This document shows, piece after piece, positions 35,948 through 49,585 of a stretch of DNA of 64,000 nucleotides. The translations under genes were made by a program, and so were the position numbers. The first letter of the stretch is position 1. Each line of letters starts with the position of its first letter. Under the pieces are notes generated by a model. The model searched no databases, was not told where the DNA came from, and worked only from the letters and a program-made list of their open reading frames with translations. This stretch comes from Schmidtea polychroa (lineage: Eukaryota). Location: positions 89,568,397 to 89,632,396 of the forward strand of contig CM097887.1 in NCBI GenBank assembly GCA_044892525.1. Reading direction: 5' to 3'.

Positions 35948-37974
35948 TTATTCTTTGTTATTTTTAAAATAACTTTTAAGAAAGCATAGTGCATCCAAAG
36001 TTTCATCGCCCATACGACTTCTTATTTTCGTTGCAAAACGTCCGGCCGCAGAAAAGGCACGTTCGGACTCTACACTGGTTGGTTTGATTGTCATTAGAAA
36101 ATCATACGCTCTTTGCAAAAAATCACCACGTGTTCCTCCATTTTCAAACAATACCATTTCCTTTTGAATGTTCGCTGACAGCATCTCACATCGAATTGGC
36201 ATCCTCGGAAAATGTGCTTGTTTTATAGCTTTATTGAGCTCGTCTGCAATAGTTAAAGGTTGTTCAAGAGAAAAGGAAAGAGATTCAGATGGAGAATCAG
36301 AAGAATCTGAAACAATTTCGATAGGTGCCTCATTGGAAACAGAAGATTCAACTTCGGACTCATGAGCTGTTAGTGCTGTAGCTGGATTTGCAGCATCTAA
36401 TCTTTCGAGTAACTCAACTATTATTTTGCGACATTTTACGGCAGATGGAACTGTTAACCTATTTCAGATTCGGACTGAACGTTTGTCCTACCATTATGTA
36501 AATACTGAAGTACACCACTGATATCTGTCCGCCTTTGTTGCATGCGAAGAATGAGAGCTGAATGCAATTTTTGACATATAACGTTGTTAGAATCTTTAAG
36601 TTTTTTTAACATAAAAGTTATAGCAACATCGGCTGTGAACAGACTAGCATCCCGACGACAAAGGGCCTCGACTGTTGCTTTTACTGGTACTAGAGCACTA
36701 ATGATAGAAGATATCATTTTAAGCTCATCATTAGATAAAGCAAATGATTCACCTTCAGGTAGACTTATGTCTATCAATGCCTTTTGAATACAATTTTTTA
36801 ATAAATAGATACGTTCAAGCATTGACAAAAGGCTGTTCCACCTAGTCTTGCAATCTTTTATTAGAGTTATTTGCTTCCCAAATTCAGCCGCAACATATTT
36901 CTGCAAGATATCGTTTTTTGTTGGCGATCGTCTGAACATTACTATCAATTTTCGTACCTTTTTGATCACTGGAGCGGAATTTATCTCAGTAACATCACTT
37001 TGGTTTCCTCCATGCCTATGACCAGAATCGAGATCAACCAATTCTTCGTTGTCAGAAAATATTTCATCGTCGTTACTCTCCGAAAAATCGTGTTCTACTT
37101 CTGATTGTTCGTCTTCGTCGAATTGCTGATCTGTTTCTATATTTTGCTTTTGATATAGTACTTCAATTACGGCCAGTTGCACACCATGGGCAAAACATAA
37201 TTGTTGATTTACAGGTAATAATCTCCCAACTTTTTTCATTACACTTGCTCCGTCAGTTATAATTCCGACGATATCTTTTCGCAAATCAAGTCCATATTCT
37301 GCGAGCTTTTGTTCTAGGAGCTCAATACATTTATCTGCAGGCATTGATCCTGTTATTCGAATTAAGCCTAAGCTCCAGAACTGACAATTTTGAGCATGTA
37401 AATTAATATTCATGTACCGACGGTTACGTAGTGATGTCCATTCATCAAACGATAAGGAAAATCTCTCACCAACACCGAATTGTGGGTTTTTTTTGCCATC
37501 TATTTCCGTAATTAATGAATTCTTAATTTTTTTGCTGTAATCTACAACTATTTTGCGCACTGTGTTGACTGTTGTAGGTAAACTTTTGAATCCTGTTGCT
37601 ATAAGACCTGCACGTAAATTAGTAGAACGGCATATAACGTTAAATGAAATCCCATCAAGTGCGGTTAACCTTGCAAGTGTAGCAGGAAGTGATTTTTCTT
37701 CTCGTTCCAGCATCGGAAAATACTTGGTTAACGTTTTCGATTTTTTTGTTGGTGGTTCATCTGATGTGTTAGCCGAAGTAGTAGCTGTTGTGATGTTAAT
37801 TTTATGGACGGAAAGTAGATGCGTATGGAGACCTTTCGTTGACCAACCCCCAATTTTTAGAATTTTTTTGCAGTCGGTATACTTACACATCGCTGTCTGT
37901 CCTTTTTCTTCTCGTAAAAAATGTTTCCAAAGAGCAGAATTACTTTTCTTTTCATGGTCTATGTAAGAAGCCAT
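35948..37974 (-). CDS. hAT transposase with a BED finger; one apparent 1-nt frameshift near 36455
   Basis: WKHF..CKYTDC..HTHLLSVH, SFDEWTS, TDGASVM, CFAH, TRWNS, PTSVESERAFS. The 506-aa ORF continues in another frame to 35948. Confidence 0.9.
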
Positions 37975-38569
37975 TATATTCTTAAAATATGTTGTTCAAA
38001 TAGTGCGAATGATAATTTAATTAAATCTACACTTTAAAATAATCACAAACAATAACACGTGAAAACAATTATATACTAATTACGTCTGAGCGCCAACAAA
38101 AAATTTTAAGAATATAATTACAAATTGAATATTGAAAAAAAAAAGTTCCAAGAATTTCGATTTTTAAAATTTATATATTCTAAGAATTTGAATGCAAAAA
38201 AAATTCCAAGTATTTTTTATATGACAAAATTCAAATCTCAACCGAAAAAATTTAAATTTGAAAATGTTCAACCAAAAACGATTGTTTTAAAGAATTTTTA
38301 AGGAAACTGTAAGGTATTTTTCCTTTTAGGCTTAAAAAGTCAAATCCCGGGATCAAGGGCTCGATCCCGGGATTTCGGGATTGCTAAAAATTGCGGGATC
38401 CCGGGATTCCGAACCCTAGTTCGATTCATTATTATAGGATATTTTTCTTTACATTGTTTTTTTTTACTATTTGTTTTTTCTGTCTTTATTTTTCAAATTT
38501 TTTGAGTTCAAATTTTAGTTGTTGTTTTACATTCTTTACATATTTTTTGCCATAGTGTTTAAAATGTAA

Positions 38570-39720
38570 CGTAAAATAGTAAATTGCAACTAGTCCTTTT
38601 CTAGTGACGCAATATCCTAGCTCATATGCTTTCATTTCATGTCAGCCATAAGCGATTACTCTTTCATTTCCATCAAAATTTACTAGTGTCAGTACAGCTC
38701 AAATTCTGTCAAAACTTGCATAAAATTCATTTTAAATCTTGAAAACCAATATTGGTGCTTTTATCAGTGGCTCCTTCCTCCTTAAAATGCAATTCACATT
38801 CATTTGTCCACACTAATTTTGTTTGATTGATGCCACATGACTTTTCTAACTCCTTTGGAAATTTTGTATAGTTTTCAATAAATCGTCAATAGTAATTTGT
38901 GAGTCCCAAAAAACTCCTGTCTTTAAGCACTTAGATCTTTTGAATTGTTAATTGGCACCAATTTTACTATAATCTGTTATTATACCTTCCGTATTTACGA
39001 CATGACCTATAAATTTCGTTTCTCTTTTAAGAAAATGACATTTTTCTCTGTTCAACTTTAATCCAAATCTTTGATTCTTTCCAATACATTTCTAACTATT
39101 TGCATATGTTCTTCTTCAGTAGTTGAAAATATTATCAAAGTAAATTACAGCTTCTTTTCAATTTAGTGATCTTAGCAAGTGTGGCAGAAATTTCAAACGG
39201 CATCCGATTGAAGCAATATTGTTCGTTTTTTTGTTGAAAATACAGTTTTATTTTTTGATTCAATTGCATCAACTTGATAGTATGAGCTTCCTAAATCAAG
39301 TGTTGTGAAGAGTTTGGATCCGTTAAGAACGTCCATCATTTCTTCTGTATCAGGTATTGGAAAAATAGGGCGCTCTGTAACTAACTTTAATGCTCTAAAA
39401 TTTAAGAAAATTCTTACATCATCTTATCCCTTTATTTTCATATAAACCATGGTGCGTTCCAGGAAGATTCACATTTTTTATGATTCCACTCCATTCCATC
39501 TTTCATATTTTCATCGATCTTGGCTAATAGATGTAAGAGTTTGCGTCTAGATTAATGACAACTGGAGGTCCAGTTGTAATTACTTCGTCTTTCAATATTT
39601 CTGGTTATCCAATATCTATTTATTTTTCATAATTACTTTTTTTGTCAAACAATTTATATATCCAAGGTCGCATTTCTTGGATTTATAAGATATTAAAAAA
39701 TAAAATTTCACATAATTGTG
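38570..39720 (-). pseudogene. Decayed Ty3/Gypsy pol (RT/RNaseH) fragment
   Basis: PIPDTEEMMDVLNGSKLFTTLDLGSSYYQV, RMPFE, KFIGHVV; many stops. Confidence 0.75.
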
Positions 39721-39918
39721 AGATTTATTGTAAAATACAACAATAAATTCATAAAAATTGAACGCTCAAAACAATTTAATGAAATAGTTCAAAATTTTAT
39801 TTTTATTTTAAATAATGTACAGAATCACTCTTTAGTGTTGGAGGTTTCAATGGTGAGAATGAATGCCATCTAAATAAAAGCATATCAATATAATGAGACC
39901 CAGAAAAACAGGATGAAG

Positions 39919-42900
39919 CTAACTGTGCTGGACATAATTAATAGCTCTATACACATGATCAATTGTCACCGGGTTCCCTATGCTCTCGAGGACCGCTAAA
40001 AAAGGTATTGAGTCAATAATACGGAAATTATTCACTTACATTTGGCAGTTGAAATATGATTCGGTTTCGATTTATCTGTTCTTTCTCTAATGATTTCCCA
40101 CTGCAAAGTGGTTGTGTTTAAAACACATTCGACAATCTTATTGTTGAATTTGTTTCGCAAATCTTTTTTGATGAAATCGATTTTACCGAAAAACATATGT
40201 TCTCCCGAAACAAACAGTTTCCCTACAAATTTCGGCACAATACTAGACACGAGGATAGAAAATTTGGTTGAATTTGTTATTTTTATGAATAATAAATAAA
40301 ATTTACTCGTTGCCTTTTTCATATTCGCATTTCAGTAGGAAATCGATCGAATTCAGTTCTGGTGGTTTCCATTTCAAAATGAACGGACAAGTTCCGGGTT
40401 CATAAAAGTCATCCGGTCCGCAAGGTTGGAATATCAATCCGTCCATTTCATGGCATAATTGTTTCCGGAATTTCCCATTCCAGATTTCATGGGTCTTTTC
40501 GATTGGCCAGAAATCTTTTATTCGAATTCCAAAAGATTCGTGTTTACGCATTTCTGGTGTCACGAATTTGCTCCTGGTATCGATAATGCATTTCTTGATT
40601 GTGTTAAACCGTTTGCTGAACACCTCCTTTCCAACATATTCCCCATCGATCGTCATAATATCATAGATTAGGAACCTGGGAAATTTGAGTCCTTCATAGG
40701 TGTCAATAACCATTTCACCGTCGACAAGAGTGTTTGTATAATGTTCGGTTTTGGTTTTGGGGAAATTAATATTCTCTACTTTATAAACGCAATTGTCTCT
40801 GTCAAACATATAAACAAGATCTTTATCAGCTATCAGCATTAAATATCGAGTTCCATCGGCCTTCCAACTGACCATATATTTCTTTTCTGTTAACAGTTTC
40901 AAGTTTTGATTTGTCATCGATACTGGTTGGCTACCGACGAATTCATATTTCGATACTGACATCAGATCACGCACCTTTACTTGCACCTCTTCTATCACTG
41001 CCGTATCCATGACAACTGAAACTTTACTTACACCTTCCATAAACGCAGCTTTTTTGGGAGCAATAAAAGGTTTTCTTGACTTTTTTCTCGGAAGTTTTAC
41101 TTTCGACTTAATATTTTCAGAGCTGTTAGTACTGCCTGAATTATCGGAATCTAAATCACTGTTACTAGCCAAGTCTTCAGTTTGGTCGGGAAAGCACGAC
41201 TCATCTTCACCTTCACAGTCATCTAATTATGTTTAGGAAATAGAATTAAAAGTACTTTTGGAAATGATAAAACATTATTGATTAAATGTTAAAATCAATT
41301 TTTATAAAAAAGTTATTTGTGAAAATCTCTAAATAATGTGACATTTACAGATGTTATGGAAAAGTATAAAAAATTTAATATACGAAAATTCATTTCCTGT
41401 GTGAAAAATTTCGAATTTTAATATAATTAATCTTCATTTTTAAGCTAAAAAAAATAGAATAAAAAGAAATGATGATCAAGAATTATAGACTGCTTGGGGT
41501 GTCACAAAAAATTAAGAAAGGATGTACTAAATGCTTCAAAGGCATTCACAATAAATGCAGTTAATTATATTTGTTTATAATTGTAATTTTTTGAAATATT
41601 GAATCATTTTTGAATTTTTGTATGAAATTCTTAGGGTGACTGAAGGGTTACATCATATATTGCCTAATAACTCTGTAAAATTTTATTTATTTTTAATATT
41701 TATTGTCCCATATTTAATAAGACATCAGTGATTGGTAACGGGATATTGTCAATTATCACATCTCTAAATATTAACGCAACCTACTATTATATAATTCGAT
41801 TTTTTCGTTATAAAATATTTCAGAATTAAAATTACTTTAATTCAACTTAGCGATTTCAATTTTAGCATAATAATCTTTATTGTTCTTTTATCAATGTAAT
41901 TATCTACTGAATGATTCAAAATTTGCACAATCAATTTTTTATCAAAACAAAAAAACTTAATTTAATTTACATTTAAATACATAATTGTCATGGTAATTGG
42001 GATATCGTTTTCAAAAGCCATATTAAATATAAAAGCTAACATTTTGTGTTGATAGTGAAAACAATTGATTTTCGATTGCTCAACAAATTATATTGTTAAA
42101 TTTATTTTTCTAAAAATAACGTAAAAGTTGCAAAAATTAAAATTTTTAGTTTTTTTTTATGGAATATTTATAGAATTGAAATATTTGATACTGTCTTAAT
42201 AATTGAAATCCTGTTGAATTTGATACATATGATAGCTATTTTGTTTTAACATTATGTATTAAAATTCTCAAAAAAAGCTTAAACAAAAACTATTGTATTA
42301 TTCGTTCAAAATACTGAGAATAAAATTTCAAAACAAATGACGTAATGACAAATAGAACCATAAATAAGTGCAGTGCGCAATAAGCTCAGTCGATATCTAT
42401 ACGCAATTAACGGTATGTGATGAGAAGCATATATAGTATGTTTATATTTTATTTTCTTATTATAGACTGTTTAACTTAAAAAATGTGAATGCGTTGACAA
42501 AATGTATATATATATATATAAATAATGGCTACTTTCCGGTTATCTCGATCTCATCAAAAAATGAACAGACACAAACACAACCAATTTTTGGTGCAATATT
42601 AGTAAAAAATTGGTTCAAATTCAATTAATTTGGTGCCTCATTAAAGGATAGCCATATTTTTAAAATTTCAAAATATACTTTTCGTTTTCAAATTTTTTTT
42701 TGTAGTGTTGAATACGACCAGTGCCAATTGTGACCTGTACCCTTAGGGGTCAGAATACTTTGTCGGATAAACTGAGACTATATGATTATTCTGTTGTTTA
42801 TTGCCTTTTTGATGAGGTCGAGATAACTGTAAAATAGCAAAAAATAATGTTGATTGATTGAAAAATATGTTTGAGAAGTGTGAATGCACTAATATTAATA

Positions 42901-44007
42901 GCAAAAAGTGTTTATTCGTGCCGATTTAATGTGGTTTTTATTTTTCTCAATTATATAATTAAGGTTTTCAGAAAGTTATATCAAAGAAGGAAACATTTTT
43001 CAAGTATTACTGATAAGTAGGAAGTTTATAGTAATAATTACAATGAATTTGTGTTAATTACTGTGGAAATTAATTTCAGTATTTGATCATTGCTTCAAGA
43101 CAACAATAATAATCAGAATTTATATAAAATTAAATTATTTTTGATTCAATATTTCCACTTAGACATTTACATTTTTATTTCCTAGAATAATTCAATTAAT
43201 AATAATTTTAAAATTTCTAAAACTATTAAAAGAAAAAAATACCCCAATTCGGTGTGTCTGGTGCTACTAACTCCTCCTCGTAATCATAGCGTTTCATCAA
43301 TTCATCTAAATAATCTTGCTTATAAATACCAGGAGGCCTGGAATTTGTAAACAACTGCACAGCTGTTTCGAGTCTTTTCAAATGTTATCAATTCCAATTT
43401 ACAAAAAAATAATAGAAAAATACTCAGCGTCGCATTTTTCAACCAGATAAGAAATAATCATAAAGCCAGTACGATTAAATCCATGAGTACAGTGCACTCC
43501 AACATAAGAACTATCATTATGATTGAAAAAATTTGTGCAGATATTTATAAATGATTCCACTTGTTCGATTGTAGGAGGACCATCGTGACTAAAGTGTTTT
43601 AGCATTTAAAATAATTTAGATATATATTAAATACCCTTCACAAGGTATTCTGGCAAACTGCTTCCGTCCTTCGAGTTGATCAGGTTTGTAATATCTCTCG
43701 GTTTTCGTTAAGTTAATAATTAAGCCTACTTTTTCCTAAAAATCTTTATTGCTTCAATTATTCCGTATTCTATAAATTTACTGTTTTTTTAGATATCAAT
43801 AAAGATTCCAGATTAAAAGAATTTGCAGGAGACATTTCATTGTCAAATTTGGAATCGAGTGGTGTTTTAAATGGAATAAACAGATCTTGAAAACGGGTAG
43901 TAAAAAAATTAGAAAGCAAAACTACTACCATTTACAACATTTCCTATTCTTGGGCAATTAAGCCACCTGGGTGGTAATCCCAAACGTTTACGTTTATGTT
44001 TATACAT
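39919..44007 (-). CDS. RNGTT: Paralog B: canonical bifunctional mRNA capping enzyme (RNA 5'-triphosphatase + guanylyltransferase), 8 exons, about 591 aa
   Basis: Exons 44007-43929, 43885-43782, 43735-43635, 43588-43424, 43373-43243, 41222-40307, 40242-40040, 39995-39919 (1776 nt, in frame). Motifs: PPRWLNCPR, HCTHGFNRTG, SWKADG (motif I), DGEMV (III), FLIYDI (IIIa), MDGLIF (IV), KWKP (V), RERTDK (VI), C-terminal SIGNPVT. Confidence 0.95.
42528..42838. mobile_element. MITE with about 35-bp imperfect TIRs
   Basis: gctactttccggttatctcgatctcatcaaaaaa / ttttttgatgaggtcgagataactgtaaaatagc. Confidence 0.65.
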
Positions 44008-44751
44008 AAGTATAGTTTAATTTAAAATAATATTTAAACAACATTGTTATTGATTTAAAGTTTTTTGTTTACGTTTTTTAAACATAAATTTTTTATATTT
44101 ATTTTTAACAAAATTTTAGTAATTTATATTTGTTATAAGCTTAATTTTCATTTTTTTATAATTTTTTATTAAACTTTACTACAATGGAGTAAATTTAGTA
44201 TACTTGAAAATTTTAATGTTATCCAATTTCCAAAGTCAATCCTTACAACAGATTTCAATCTAAACTATTTCAGTATTTGATCCTTTGACTGTGAGTTTAT
44301 GAAGATAATCTTAAGAACAGATCCAAGCTACTACAACATTTGATTCATTCGATTGTGAAATTCCGACGTCAATCTTAACAACAGTTCTAAAATATTTCGG
44401 TAATTGATCGTGATTCCCCAAAGTTTGTCTCATTGATAGAACTAAACATTTCGACGTTTAATTGAGAATTTGAGGTCAATTCCCGCAGCTCACCAAGTAG
44501 TTTCATTAATAAAGTTTTTGATTTTAAAGTAGGTAATTTGTTGTTAATTATTTTACTAATTTTATTAATTTTGTCACACTTTTTATTATTCTTCCCATCA
44601 TTTCTGCGTACTACATACACACACCCTAACAGTTCCGACACAGATTTTTACAGGAGACTCTGGTAGGCTTTAACAAACAATTTCTAGTACATTTCGGCAT
44701 TAATTAACGTACAAACAATAGCAAACGTTATTATAAATTATAAATTTCAAC

Positions 44752-45150
44752 ACTTCACAATTCCAAACCTAAATCAATTATTTAAGCAGTTTGAATATAT
44801 TCGTTGAATATAGAAAGGGTGTAAATCTCCAAAATGCAGACATGGTGTCCAGAACTAAATGTGAAACGTGTGTTCAATGTAAAATGGCTCACGAGTAAGC
44901 TAAGAAAGAAAGACAAAAAATAGATTACTAGACTCGATCAGAGAAGAAGGTAGAAGCACCATTCAACAAATAAATTTGGAAGAAGAATTTCGAAAGAAAA
45001 CGAGACACAAGAAACCATAAAAAATACATAGACTATTGTGTCATGCTGAAGTCGAGAAGATAGCTATTGGGAAAAACCTGTGGAGTCACATTCAGGAAAC
45101 TATTCGAAGTTGTGAGACTTATCAAAAAACCAAGGCTATAACAATTACAA
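44752..45150 (+). repeat. Deleted copy of the Gypsy pol segment at about 54960-55400
   Basis: Long near-identical stretches (ttccaaacctaaatcaatt..ggctataacaattacaat) with internal deletions. Confidence 0.9.
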
Positions 45151-45895
45151 TATATATATATATATATTTATATATATAAAATTAGATCTGACCATTGTGG
45201 TCCTTCTCGAAATTGTCCTTGATTTCTTGTCTTTTCCCACTAATTTCGATTTCCTGATCCTTGGACATTTGTTTCTTGTCTTCCCATAGTTAGATTCTTT
45301 CATTCCTTTAACGATTTGTTGGCGTATGAGGGAGAAGAAACCCATACATACATAACCGTCGTACATACAAGACCTCATCGTTTAGCTCAGACACCCCCAT
45401 GCATACTCCAAATGATCATCCGAATATTCCCACGCATGAGCCCGTGGTGATGTTCCACGTTGGTGCTGCCCACACGGGTCGGAAAAGGTCAGCAGGTGAG
45501 CCCCTACTTTAGGATTACTGATAACCCCCTCGCGGTTCAGGTTCCATGGTGCCTCAATCACGGTCCGATCCTGGTCCAAGGGAACGACCTTCATCCTGAT
45601 TTCATTCATCTCACAGCATTATTTCGTTTATTCTGATTTCAAAAATCAAACATACGGAAACTTCACAAGACAAAATCGAACAGAAAAATATATTGACACC
45701 GAAAACACAAAAGTAATTACAGCGTTACCAATTATAGGTTTACCAACATTTAATCAATTTGAACATGCAGCGTTATCGACGTTTGCAAGTTGAATCACAA
45801 CTCGAAGAGAAATCGAGATCGAACGTAGGTTGTTTCTAGGTAAAGTTTTCCCCGTCGGCGATTATCTCATCGATGTCAACAGGCAATCGACAATC

Positions 45896-46597
45896 CTATA
45901 TAAACCTGATGCCGTTGGCCGGGACAATACGAAAAACTTCCTTAGAGGGAATCGAATGGGTAGATGATATTTCGGTTAATTTTGACTGCGCTGCAGACAA
46001 TGATGCTTCGAGCGCCTTTATCGCATCTCTGCGTTTTTTATTCTTCTCGGCCCTGGTTGGATGCTTGCGTTTTCGGGGTGACGGATTTTCTTCTCCAACC
46101 GTGATGACAGTAGGTGCCACGAGAATCGGGGCCAGAATTGGGTCAGATGGACCACCTTTCATTGGTAGGTATCCTGACAGCACTGGGGCTGGGATGGGCG
46201 GTAGATGTGAACCGTGCCCTTGACAAGTTGTGGTGGAGGTTGTAGATGGCTGATGGTGGAGAGGGAAAACGTTTGTTCCGTCGATGACAGGAAACTCGCG
46301 CACTCGCTTGGCTAATTCTGCCTCCGTATAGACTTTGTGGAGGGCTTCGGACTGGGCCTTTATCGTCAATCGTTGATTACGACTCTCCTCCAGGAGGCTA
46401 TCGCGACAATGCTCCAGTCGCAGGATCTTGCTACGCTCCTCCTTCATTTGTGTCGGGGAGAACCACGTGCCTTCGTAAAGGTCAATTCTCTTTTTCAGTG
46501 CCCCGATGTAGAGTTGAAGCTGCGCGATGTCAGCATTTTTATCAGCGCAGGAAAGACAAGGACGAAGAGCGTTTCCCGATTGGATGGGTGTAGTCAT
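45896..46597 (-). CDS. Unknown 233-aa protein (CxxC, coiled coil, Pro-rich stretch, basic NLS-like segment)
   Basis: ATG-started ORF in a GC-richer island: CLSC, a heptad-like segment, and PRKRKH..KNKKRR. No family recognised. Confidence 0.45.
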   Translation of the reverse strand: MTTPIQSGNALRPCLSCADKNADIAQLQLYIGALKKRIDLYEGTWFSPTQMKEERSKILRLEHCRDSLLEESRNQRLTIKAQSEALHKVYTEAELAKRVREFPVIDGTNVFPLHHQPSTTSTTTCQGHGSHLPPIPAPVLSGYLPMKGGPSDPILAPILVAPTVITVGEENPSPRKRKHPTRAEKNKKRRDAIKALEASLSAAQSKLTEISSTHSIPSKEVFRIVPANGIRFI

Positions 46598-48712
46598 TCT
46601 AGAATTTTAATCAATAGTTTATGTCTATATCATTCCCTCCTATTCACAATCATTCAGTTACAACACATTCAGGCAAATTTTACTCAGTCTAGAGACTTTG
46701 AAAAGAAAACGGGGAAATGCTTGAAAATTAATTCATTCGACCTAAAATCAACATTTAATTTAGGTTGGATGGTTCCCACCTATTACTCCCTTTTGATTAT
46801 TAGTAATTATGAATTCTACATTTTTACTTTTCGAGAAAATAATAATTGAACAATCCAACTCTTAGCATCGTGGATAGTTGATTTGGGTATGCAGAAATTT
46901 GTAGGGTCAGAAATTCGGTAGCATTTATATTTATTTGTGTAGAATCAGTCCTGATAAATGAAAATATTGCGAACTATATTTTATAATTAATATATTAGGA
47001 ATTAAAATATAATATTTTCCAAAAACGCGCCATGCTCGTTGTCGTGGTGACGCCTACACGTGTGTGTTTGTATGTCATGTTTCGTCTCTACGACGCGGCT
47101 TATCATGCTTACTGGATCAGTCTGGACTCATGCCTTTCAAGCAAATTCATCTATCCACTCTCTCGCCCTTACACACAGTTCTACTATCCTGAGCAATTAC
47201 GATTACGAAATTATGATGTCATAGTGTAGTTTACTATCCAGATTTATTACCATCCTACTGAGATGCATTCTATTTTAAGGCGTGATAATGCGTGTATTTC
47301 CGAGACACAGTCGATTAAGATTTCTACTAGAAGTTTTATGAGCAACCATGTTCTAGATGGTAGATGACCAATTCGGGGGATAATGGGTGAACTGGTGTTG
47401 GAAATCTAATTTTTATCGTACGGACGACTCAAGATAATCACTTGTCAGTGCATCAACTGAATAAGTCAGTACGGAAATTGGTATCTTATCATTCCTACCA
47501 GATTCCCGTCGGTCGTTTAATTCTATTAGCCACAGTTTGACTGAAATTCATTTATCAATTATCTGACAACCTCGACCGCGGCTTCCTAATGCAATTAACA
47601 ATTTACCGATGACACTGTCAGTGGTTGCTCTCATCTCTATCTTCGATAGTCCGATAATTGCTTATGATTTATTTACCTTATTTGCAGAAAACGGTGCTTA
47701 TCAGAAATCCGAGTGTCAACAATCAAGGCTAAAAGTACATCCCCTATGGGTTTCATCGCTAACGTGCTGGCAATCCAAATCAGACGATATCTTATGAATT
47801 TACTATGCTGCAGACAAACAGTTGGATTTAATCGCAAACGGTGATTGTCAAGATTCTTTCTTAGCTACTCTGATCGTCACGCTGATTTTCCTGAAAGATT
47901 TTCCTCAATCTATGTGAAGTTTTGTTGGATCTATCTAAACACTCATATCGATCTAAATCCGGATTAACCTCTGTTGGGAGTTCAAGCTTCCTATACGAAT
48001 ATCAGAAATCCCGATATAACTGAACGAAATGATAGAATTATCCTCCTAACGATCGCGCTGAGTGAAGGAAAATTTTTACTCCGCAACTGGATTTTTTCAT
48101 CTACCGAGTCTTATCACCCCTCATGACACACCCAGGAAGGCATTCATTGCTGCCGCATTCTTGCACCGTCATGAGGGACCAATCAACTCCTTTACATTCA
48201 AAAATTAAACATTCGTATATAAATCATAATAATGACAGAATAAATGATGAGCAAAATAAACAAATCGAAATACCCGGCGACCATATCATCTGGGCTCCAA
48301 GTATGATGCTTTTCCCTTTTCGATCATATATTCAATTTCAGCATTTGCAAACATCTCATTGATTATTATCACCTTCTCCAGTCCCAATATCTTCGCAACA
48401 TCTCCTAGATGCATGCCACAAAAACTCCTCGTGGCTACTTCCTCCATTTGGCATCATATTTGAAATCACCAGAGGGTATAGTCGTCGGCACCATGAAGAA
48501 AGGCAGTTTCTATTTTCAAATAAATTCTTATTATTTACAAAAATTTACTAAAGTCAATCATAAATATCTATTAAATTCAATCATATAAAACTAATCCATA
48601 ATTAACTTAACATACTTCGAGGTTTGAAAAAACTGGAGTTAATCGGTTCACGCGAAGGTTTTCTTGAGTAAGTTTACTGAGCTTCTTCCTAAAATCGATT
48701 TGGTTGTTTTTG

Positions 48713-48737
48713 AAAAAAAAAAAAAAAAAAAAAAAAA
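48713..48737. repeat. Poly(A) tract (poly-T on the minus strand)
   Basis: Run of about 25 A. Confidence 0.9.
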
Positions 48738-49404
48738 TCAAATTTTATTTCAATAAATTGGCGGGCCACTTGGCCAAAAAGGGGAGAACTTCTCACCCTT
48801 GGAGTTCTGCAGCTTTTAATCTTTCAACTGCTATTGCTGGAATTGAAACTCCCGCAATTGTACGTGGTTACAGACGGTATAAGCGGAGTTGATCGGATTG
48901 GTAGTATTGTCGAAGTCTGAGTTAGCGTTGACAATTGAGTTAACCGTCTCGATCAATTGATTTAGGGCATCAGGGGTAAGGTTCTGATTGAAGAGATTAG
49001 GTTGCAGATGATGATTTTATCATAAGTATAATTTTCGGAAGTTTCTGGACAAGATTGATATTATTGACGGGTTTTTTCGGTCCGCCAATTGAGAGGAGTA
49101 CCGGATCGTACAGGATAATATCTGAAATAAATAAATGTCGGGGCAGGAAGGCTCCCTTGCAAATCTATATAGCGCTTATTATAATACTTATTATATTATA
49201 TATTGTAAGGAGTTGGTGAAGGTTGGGACAAGTATAGATAGTAGTATTAGTTGGTAGTATTAGTGATTATAGTAGCGATAGTATAATAAAGATCATTATA
49301 GTATTGATAAGAACAACTAAAAAGACCACCAAATAGGGAGAACCCCTACAAGGATTCCTACATAGACCCATTCGGTGATTGGCACACGCAGTACTTTATT
49401 AATA

Positions 49405-49585
49405 GATAATGATAGATATAATAATAATATAATAATAATAATAATAATGTAATATCAATAATAATAATAATAATAATAACAACAATAATGTAATATCAAT
49501 AATAATAATAATGTGATATTAATAAAAATAATACTACTAATAATAATAATATTATATTAAATACATTTAAGAATAATAATATTAC
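49405..49585. repeat. Degenerate (AAT)n region downstream of the non-LTR ORF
   Basis: AAT/AAC-rich imperfect tandem repeats. Confidence 0.8.

Larger units (their letters stand above)
35476..38418 (-). mobile_element. Full-length hAT (Ac/ZBED-like) transposon
   Basis: TIRs tagggttggcaatcc / ggattccgaacccta, a perfect 8-bp TSD GTTCGATT, and subterminal CCCGGGAT motifs. Confidence 0.95.

Noticed and set aside
45150-49150. Hammerhead/HDV ribozyme, snRNA or spliced-leader target near the retrotransposon
   Set aside because: No CUGANGA...GAAA core or recognisable U2/SL sequence found by eye; a covariance-model scan is needed to exclude it.
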